DNA from: a virus
Length of the DNA stretch: 49,607 nucleotides
Direction: 5' to 3' (one strand)
Virus record (IMG/VR): IMGVR_UViG_3300020202_000017
In this document: piece by piece, positions 41,569 to 47,129 of the stretch
Position numbering within the stretch: position 1 is the stretch's first letter
Layout: every line of letters starts with the position of its first letter
Program-made: the position numbers and the translations under genes
Notes under the pieces: generated by a model
Seen by the model: only the letters and a program-made list of their open reading frames with translations
What the model was told of the DNA's origin: nothing
Database searches by the model: none

Positions 41569-42726
41569 ATGAAGAAAGATGCTGCCGAATTCAGGAAGAA
41601 GCTCATCGAGGATGCGCTGGCAGGCATGTCATCGGGCGCGACCCAACGCAGTTCCCATACGAAGCCGGAGAGGGTGGAGGTGGGGCAGCGGTGGAGCTGT
41701 CCGCACGGCGCCTATCCCGAATATGTTCTAACCCGGTGGACTGAACAGCTTAGGGCGTGGGAGGCGAGTCCGTACACGCACTGGACGCCAGAGTACCTGA
41801 TGGCCGAATGCACCTTCCTCGGCTGGGCTCCTGGTTTCGGCCCAGACTGTCAACTGTCTGCGGCCGAAGGCCGCTCTAACTCCCCCTCCCCAGGGAACAC
41901 CTGGGAGGTGTCTAGCGACGGAAGCGACTGGGCGATACCGAAGCCCCACGTATCCCTTCTCCTGTGGCCCTACCGCCGCCTCCTCTCTCCAGAAGGGAGG
42001 ATACTGGAGGAGCATGGGCCCGAGGGAGGGGCGGTCCACGGAGACAGTCTCACGGTCAGGTGGCCCAAGCATTTAGAGGGCCGGGCAGAGCCCGGCGGAC
42101 AGCGACCACAAGAACCTGTGTGCCAAGTGCTCGGGTGCGTAGCAAGAGGGGTCTACGACCAGGCAGGCAACCCACCTGTATGCCCAGGTCACTTTGGGTG
42201 GAAGCTTAGCGGCCTCCTTATGAAGGCTGGCCCGCTGACCGCGCCCGAAGGGCGCACTCAAACTCCGGTGTTCGTTACTGTCGACGAGGCCGCCAAGTTC
42301 GACGCCAAGGAATACGAACGCATCGCGCGCACTCTTGGCTCATCCATCCCAACCCCCGTAGGCACAGAGAAGACAGAGCCGGTGAAGGTCGAGCCCCGTA
42401 AGCACGACTTCTCAGACCCGTACTGCGCTGGACCTGCCTCCCGGATGTGCGTGGCATGCGGTGCGGCGGAACCCGCATACACCAGGCCAGAATGCACCCC
42501 GGCCCCTGACTGGCGAGAGCGCTGGGAGAAAACAGTGGCAGAGCGCCAGGTCAAACTAGACTCCGAACTGTCCCCTGCGGACTGTGGCCCCTCTCAAACG
42601 CTCCCAGCTCGTCAGTCTCAAGCGATTGGGGCAGGGCTAGGGGTCTGGTCCCTCCGAGAGGAAGGAAGGCCCCTGGCGCGAAGCCAGGAGGTCGGACGGC
42701 CTAAGAGGCCATGGGAGCTGCCGTGA
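41569..42726 (+). CDS. Hypothetical protein, 385 aa
   Basis: Internal ATG of track ORF 41482..42726. It is the largest early-region ORF without a recognisable motif. Confidence 0.55.
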   Translation: MKKDAAEFRKKLIEDALAGMSSGATQRSSHTKPERVEVGQRWSCPHGAYPEYVLTRWTEQLRAWEASPYTHWTPEYLMAECTFLGWAPGFGPDCQLSAAEGRSNSPSPGNTWEVSSDGSDWAIPKPHVSLLLWPYRRLLSPEGRILEEHGPEGGAVHGDSLTVRWPKHLEGRAEPGGQRPQEPVCQVLGCVARGVYDQAGNPPVCPGHFGWKLSGLLMKAGPLTAPEGRTQTPVFVTVDEAAKFDAKEYERIARTLGSSIPTPVGTEKTEPVKVEPRKHDFSDPYCAGPASRMCVACGAAEPAYTRPECTPAPDWRERWEKTVAERQVKLDSELSPADCGPSQTLPARQSQAIGAGLGVWSLREEGRPLARSQEVGRPKRPWELP

Positions 42727-42986
42727 CTGCGAAGCAGAGGATTCAGGTGGTCCAGGCGGTGCTCGAGGAGGCTGCCTATCACATCGGCGACGAGTACGGC
42801 GAACCGCTCAAGGATATCGACCAGTCGAAGTACTGGCCCACGTCGCCTGAGAGCGACGGAGAAGAGGCTGCGTTTGAGCTCGACGACCAGTGCATGGCCT
42901 ACCTAGACACCGCCATCAAGAAGGCGCAGGCGGAAATCAGGAAGATAATCAAGTCGTTGGCCTCCCCACCCAAGGCCCAACCGTGA
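42723..42986 (+). CDS. Hypothetical acidic protein, 87 aa
   Basis: GTGA-coupled at both ends. Confidence 0.5.
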   Translation: MTAKQRIQVVQAVLEEAAYHIGDEYGEPLKDIDQSKYWPTSPESDGEEAAFELDDQCMAYLDTAIKKAQAEIRKIIKSLASPPKAQP

Positions 42987-43417
42987 GCCTTGCCGACGAC
43001 ATCGAGACGGCTGGGAGGGTCCTGGTCGGGTTCGGGTTTGACTACACGACCGTGGGTATGCTTGGCAAGAGGCTGATGGACGCGGCAGAGCGGATACGCA
43101 AAGAAGAACGCGATGCCAGGCAGTTCCGCACCAACGAGACCTGGCAGGCACACGCGGTAAAGACATTGGACGAATCAGGCGTCGGCCGTACCAACGCCGT
43201 CACCCGCGAAGGTCGCATAATTGGTGAGTTTTTGGAGCCCCGGGACGCACGCTTGGCAGCCAAAGCTCCCGAGATGGCCCAGATGCTCAGGGAGTTGGAG
43301 TGGGCGGACATGAAGCCGCTGTCAGCCACGCCGCGCTGTCCGTCTTGTGTGGGTAATCCGAGCCTAGGCCACGCCCCCGACTGCAAGCTAGCCAGCCTCC
43401 TGAAGGACCTCCCATGA
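42983..43417 (+). CDS. Hypothetical protein, 144 aa
   Basis: GTGA-coupled internal start of track ORF 42890..43417. Confidence 0.5.
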   Translation: MSLADDIETAGRVLVGFGFDYTTVGMLGKRLMDAAERIRKEERDARQFRTNETWQAHAVKTLDESGVGRTNAVTREGRIIGEFLEPRDARLAAKAPEMAQMLRELEWADMKPLSATPRCPSCVGNPSLGHAPDCKLASLLKDLP

Positions 43418-43617
43418 CCTGGGTAACCGTCACCCGAGAGGAGTTCGAGCGCCTTATCGACAGCTACCCTAGGAAGCTGGTCCAGGACGTCAACGGCACC
43501 TCCGAGCCGCCGTTCGTGACCTACAACGACTTCAGCCTGGGTAAGTGGCCCGAGTCCGTGGTGGCTGGCCATGGGCTACCCGAGGAAGACCGGACTTACT
43601 ACCGTGTCGTCAGGTAA
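43414..43617 (+). CDS. Hypothetical protein, 67 aa (last early-operon gene)
   Basis: ATGA-coupled. Confidence 0.55.
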   Translation: MTWVTVTREEFERLIDSYPRKLVQDVNGTSEPPFVTYNDFSLGKWPESVVAGHGLPEEDRTYYRVVR

Positions 43618-43654
43618 AGCCCGAACCGGCTCCTAGCTAGACTGCCCACTGTTC

Positions 43655-43680
43655 GCCGCCAAAGGCGGCTCTATCTATTC
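43655..43680 (+). terminator. Intrinsic-terminator candidate closing the early operon
   Basis: GCCGCC-aaa-GGCGGC hairpin (43655-43669) followed by tctatctattc. It lies between convergent genes. Confidence 0.45.
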
Positions 43681-43873
43681 TCCGCGCGTCCAGGCGAGGC
43701 GGATTCCGTATGCATTGGGCGGCTCCACAGGCGGCATCCCAGCTAGTAGTTTCCTTCTAGCATGAGCTGTTAGGGATTCCCCACAGGCTAGAGCTCTAGA
43801 CCTGAGCCAAGCTAGCTCCTCATGGGAGAGGCGTATCGGGGGGAGTTGGGGGGCTAGGCGGCCGCGGAGTGAC

Positions 43874-44266
43874 CTAGGCGGCACTCTTCGCCTCAGCCGC
43901 GAACAGCGCGCGAGCAGCGGCCATTCCGCCAAGCGCCTGAAGCTGGAGGAAGCGCTCCCCCTTCGGGCCGACCTTCGAGTCCAGCCACGACTGAAACACG
44001 CGGTACTCGACGTCAGCCGCAGCGTTGCGAGCGGCCGTCTCAGCGCGGACCTTGGCGTCGTCGGCATTTCGAGCCGCCTTCCGGACCTCGACCGACTCAA
44101 TGCCCATGGCGCGAGCCGCACACACGCAACCGAAGTAGACCGTCTCGTCGCCCGCGTCGTGGTCACACAGGGCGACCGTCCCCTTGAGGTCCTTTCGGCC
44201 GCAGCAATCGCAGATGGTGACCTCGTCCGTCGTCCCGAGCACCGTGAACCGCTTCGTCTTGGTCAT
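43874..44266 (-). CDS. Hypothetical protein, 130 aa, N-terminal Cys cluster (CDCC..C..C.C)
   Basis: Leftward gene divergent from the excisionase-like HTH. The C-terminal half is Ala/Arg-rich and helical. Confidence 0.6.
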   Translation of the reverse strand: MTKTKRFTVLGTTDEVTICDCCGRKDLKGTVALCDHDAGDETVYFGCVCAARAMGIESVEVRKAARNADDAKVRAETAARNAAADVEYRVFQSWLDSKVGPKGERFLQLQALGGMAAARALFAAEAKSAA

Positions 44267-44341
44267 ACCCAGATACTCAGCACATCACATGCCAAGGTGC
44301 AATGCACGCTAACTATGTGTAATCACCACGCCAGGTATTCG

Positions 44342-44367
44342 GCTGTCTCAGGTATCTGAGAGACAGC
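44342..44367. promoter_or_regulatory. Palindrome GCTGTCTCAG-gtat-CTGAgaGACAGC (core TCTCAG-N4-CTGAGA)
   Basis: Core at 44346-44361, in the divergent intergenic region 44267-44449. CAGGTAT is also directly repeated at 44332 and 44349. Confidence 0.45.
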
Positions 44368-44404
44368 TCGACCTAAGTCCGCTGAAACCAAGGCTGTCGC
44401 TCAA

Positions 44405-44420
44405 TCTCAGAATCCTGAGG
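44405..44420. promoter_or_regulatory. Second copy of the TCTCAG-N4-CTGAG palindrome
   Basis: TCTCAGaatcCTGAGG. GGCTGTC also recurs (44341 and 44392), so the two sites are paralogous. Confidence 0.4.
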
Positions 44421-44449
44421 CAACTTGAGAATCTGATAGTCTAAGGTCC

Positions 44450-44647
44450 ATGGGAAGACGCGCGCCTGCACGTCGGTACACTTCAAGGGAGTTGGCCAAG
44501 GCCCTCGGTTGCCACATCCGCACCGTCCAGCGAGCCATGCTCCGAGGCGACCTCAAGGGGTACAAGGCTGCGAGCGGGTACTACTGGGCCATCCCAGAGG
44601 AGGCCGTCGTGTCGTGGCTCTCAACCCGCGAGACCAGGAGACGCTGA
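44450..44647 (+). CDS. Excisionase/MerR-like HTH (HTH_17-type) protein, 65 aa
   Basis: YTSRELAKALGCHIRTVQRAMLRGDLKGYKAASGYYWAIPEEAVVSWL matches the excisionase-family HTH pattern. Confidence 0.6.
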   Translation: MGRRAPARRYTSRELAKALGCHIRTVQRAMLRGDLKGYKAASGYYWAIPEEAVVSWLSTRETRRR

Positions 44648-45200
44648 ACCGGGAACGGGCGTGAGATGGGATATTCCTCCCCCCTCTCCCATTAGCCTTC
44701 CAACCCCCGTCTCATCCCAACCGCCATCACCCAGCCTCTACTCAGCCTCGAGATTACCCCTGCCTTCGTGACCACCCCCACCCCCCCAAAGTGGCGAGAG
44801 AGATGTGTGGGGATATATCACCTCTCACAAAATTCAACCACCCATCCCTTTGACGCAGGCAGTCGGTCGATTCGAAGTGACGTGACACTGCGTGTAGGGT
44901 ACCGTCGTTTTGTGCTCGAGCGGTACCACCGGATGATAGCCAAGGCCGTGGCCAAGGGGCCAGCGCAGCTAGGCCGTGAGGCGGACCGACTCTTGAGGCG
45001 TGCGGTTTCCCTGGAAGCGGACGTGACCCGCGAGGCGGGGCGTTCGAAGGCTGAGGCTGTGTTACGGCGAGGTACGACCCACCCGGCGTAGGTGTGAAGA
45101 GGCGGTCAATAACCCAAGCGGGGACGACTTGGGGTAACGCCGCTTCTTGCTGCAGAGTACCAACCCTAGCAGGAGCCAGACACTTAAGAGACCCGGAGCG

Positions 45201-45218
45201 CAAGACCTAGCGGTCTTG
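45201..45218 (-). terminator. Hairpin CAAGACC-tagc-GGTCTTG at the end of the leftward 45801-45207 operon
   Basis: 7-bp stem. The stop codon of the 53-aa ORF lies in the loop. There is no clear U-tract. Confidence 0.3.
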
Positions 45219-45368
45219 CTTAGTTCCCGGTCTGCCTAGGTAGCGGGCTAGGTTCCGCTTGTGCTCCAGGGCTTTGATTTCCTCGGGGGTGAGCCTTCTG
45301 AGGGGGCCGGGCTTGCGTATCTCGTAGGCGTGCTTGGAACGCTCTGAGGCGGGGACTCCCGGCTTCAC
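45207..45368 (-). CDS. Basic miniprotein, 53 aa (not in the ORF track)
   Basis: Hand translation: VKPGVPASERSKHAYEIRKPGPLRRLTPEEIKALEHKRNLARYLGRPGTKQDR. GTG overlaps the upstream stop (GTGA). Confidence 0.35.
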   Translation of the reverse strand: MKPGVPASERSKHAYEIRKPGPLRRLTPEEIKALEHKRNLARYLGRPGTKQDR

Positions 45369-45628
45369 CCTCTCAGTCCCTTCAGCTCTGAGTCGATGTC
45401 CCGGAGGTCAGACCCGCAGTCCTGAACGCCGCGCCAGTCCTCGTCCTGGAACTTCAGGAGTAGGTCCGCCTTCGTGCCTACCCGCTTCTTGAGGAGGAAC
45501 TCGATGCGGGCTTGTCTGGCCTCGGCGGGGCTCTTTTCGCCGGTCGGCCCCCAAGCGCCGTTTAGCCGCCTCCGGATGCCGGCCGGTGGTTCGTAGTTCT
45601 CTAGCAACTCCATCAGGCTTTTCGGCAT
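45365..45628 (-). CDS. Hypothetical protein, 87 aa
   Basis: ATG 45628 lies 8 nt after GGAGG and overlaps the HTH gene stop by 1 nt (the track ORF opens at 45643). Confidence 0.5.
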   Translation of the reverse strand: MPKSLMELLENYEPPAGIRRRLNGAWGPTGEKSPAEARQARIEFLLKKRVGTKADLLLKFQDEDWRGVQDCGSDLRDIDSELKGLRG

Positions 45629-45801
45629 CACCGCCCCCTCCATCGCTTCCGCTTCCTGATGAGCGTCGTGGGACTAATCCCCAGCTCCATGGCTATCCGG
45701 TACTGAGGGACCTCCGGGTGGGCGGCTAGCGTCGCCTCGATGTGCTCCCGCTCCACCTCCCGAAGCGGCTTGATGGGCGGCTGCGTCTGGGTGGCTGTCA
45801 T
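45628..45801 (-). CDS. Stand-alone Fis/NtrC-C-terminal-type HTH protein, 57 aa
   Basis: Internal ATG of track ORF 45628..46266. LREVEREHIEATLAAHPEVPQYRIAMELGISPTTLIRKRKRW fits the Fis-type HTH pattern. Confidence 0.55.
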   Translation of the reverse strand: MTATQTQPPIKPLREVEREHIEATLAAHPEVPQYRIAMELGISPTTLIRKRKRWRGR

Positions 45802-45818
45802 TTCGCCCTTCAGCTTTG

Positions 45819-45874
45819 CATACGCTAAATGACATTGCAATACGATACACGTATGGTACCGTCGTGACCATACG
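45819..45874. promoter_or_regulatory. Phased ATACG/CGTAT repeats and the inverted repeat CGTATGGT-N9-ACCATACG in the divergent late-operon control region
   Basis: ATACG at 45820, 45840 and 45870, and CGTAT at 45850 (spacings 20/10/20). Inverted repeat at 45850-45857 and 45867-45874. The relatively AT-rich patch spans 45802-45876. Confidence 0.45.
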
Positions 45875-45876
45875 TC

Positions 45877-46182
45877 ATGGGACAGCATCGGACGAACCCA
45901 GTAGCCATCGCGAACGCCCAGCCTCAGCGACAGGTGCAGGTCACCCCGATAGGGGAGGGGCACTGCGTAGTGGGGCTGTCCCTGCTTCCGACCCAGGACG
46001 CTGAGGGGAACTTCTGTGTAGTCCTGGCGGCTATCTGCGGGCGGCAATCTGACCTGGTTCCCATGAAGCCGGTCCCGGTGTTCCTGGCGGAGGTCGCCAA
46101 GGTGAAGCTGGAAGACCTTCGGAAGCGGATAGGGGAGATGTTGGATGGGCCGGAGGAAGAGCCGGCGGTGGCTGCGCCGTGA
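45877..46182 (+). CDS. Hypothetical protein, 101 aa (first gene of the rightward late operon)
   Basis: First ORF after the divergent control region. Its stop overlaps the next start. Confidence 0.5.
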   Translation: MGQHRTNPVAIANAQPQRQVQVTPIGEGHCVVGLSLLPTQDAEGNFCVVLAAICGRQSDLVPMKPVPVFLAEVAKVKLEDLRKRIGEMLDGPEEEPAVAAP

Positions 46183-46514
46183 GCGACTACTCCGACTGGA
46201 TTGACCGCCTTGCCGTGGAATACGCCGGCCGACCCGTCCAGGAGGCAATGCGCGCGGCGGTCGCAAGGATGGGCACGCTGACCGTGTGCTCGGTGTGCGA
46301 GCAGGAAGCCAAGCACGTCCATCTTCGCGGCACGATGTGGCTCAGGCGCGGAACGCTTGGCCCAAGTATGTCGTTCTGTCGGACGCTAGTAGGGGTTGCC
46401 GGAGGCATTGAGCGCCTGCTGTCCGAATGGGACCAGGTTGACTGGGACGGCAAGCCGGTAGCGAAGACGCCGGATGAGACGCGGGTCGTCGACTGGGTGG
46501 ATGACCGCAAATGA
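46179..46514 (+). CDS. Hypothetical protein, 111 aa
   Basis: GTGA-coupled at the start and ATGA-coupled at the end. Confidence 0.55.
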   Translation: MSDYSDWIDRLAVEYAGRPVQEAMRAAVARMGTLTVCSVCEQEAKHVHLRGTMWLRRGTLGPSMSFCRTLVGVAGGIERLLSEWDQVDWDGKPVAKTPDETRVVDWVDDRK

Positions 46515-46726
46515 AGGTCCAACTCATCTTCGAGGCTCACGACTGCCTGCCCTCCAAGTTGGTTGACTCTCTCAAGAGGGCCATCGCCTCAATTCTCGAG
46601 CTGCACGGCATCCCACCGTCAATCGACACGAACCGGGACAGGGAGATGGAAGCCTATCAGGCCTTCTTCCGGTGGAACGAAAACCGCCTCGCTGAAGATG
46701 AGCGAAAAGGCCCTAGCGAAACCTGA
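46511..46726 (+). CDS. Hypothetical protein, 71 aa
   Basis: ATGA-coupled. Confidence 0.55.
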   Translation: MKVQLIFEAHDCLPSKLVDSLKRAIASILELHGIPPSIDTNRDREMEAYQAFFRWNENRLAEDERKGPSET

Positions 46727-47129
46727 CGAAGAGGAGTTGCTGCGAAAGCAGCTCCTCAAGAAGGAGCGCAAGGAAGCCCGCCTTGCGGCACGTACGGCTC
46801 ATCTCAAGGCCCTGGTCGAGGAGATCAAACTCGAGGCCGCGAACAAAGTCCGCCTCCGCAAGTACGTCTTCAGGCCAGACGAGGAACTGAGAGAGCTCGG
46901 CCTCAGCAACCACCAAATCGCCATCGTCCGCCAGTGGGAGGTCCCCAAAAAGCAAACCGCCTTCGCAGTTGAATCTGCGGCGAAGCTCGTAGAGGCCCAA
47001 GTCAGAGGCCAGGAAGCAGCCAAGGCTCCGACCATCAACGTCGAAAGCATGACCATCCGAATCCCCGAGAAGGGGACGGAGGATTTGCCCGCGGCGGTGG
47101 TCATCGACGTGGAGCCGGAGACGAAGTGA
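46698..47129 (+). CDS. Charged helical protein, 143 aa (small-terminase candidate)
   Basis: Internal ATG of track ORF 46563..47129. N-terminal coiled coil and an HTH-like ..LRELGLSNHQIAIVRQW.. Not adjacent to TerL, so the call is tentative. Confidence 0.3.
   Translation: MSEKALAKPDEEELLRKQLLKKERKEARLAARTAHLKALVEEIKLEAANKVRLRKYVFRPDEELRELGLSNHQIAIVRQWEVPKKQTAFAVESAAKLVEAQVRGQEAAKAPTINVESMTIRIPEKGTEDLPAAVVIDVEPETK

Noticed and set aside
44754-45203. A 149-aa minus-strand ORF and the 107-aa plus-strand ORF 44768-45091 in the gene-poor segment.
   Set aside because: The minus ORF is Pro/Gly/Arg/Trp-rich junk-like sequence. The first half of the plus ORF has low third-position GC and runs through the polypyrimidine tract. 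Only its last ~52 codons (from ATG 44933) look coding, and there is no RBS. I left it unannotated and mention it in the findings.
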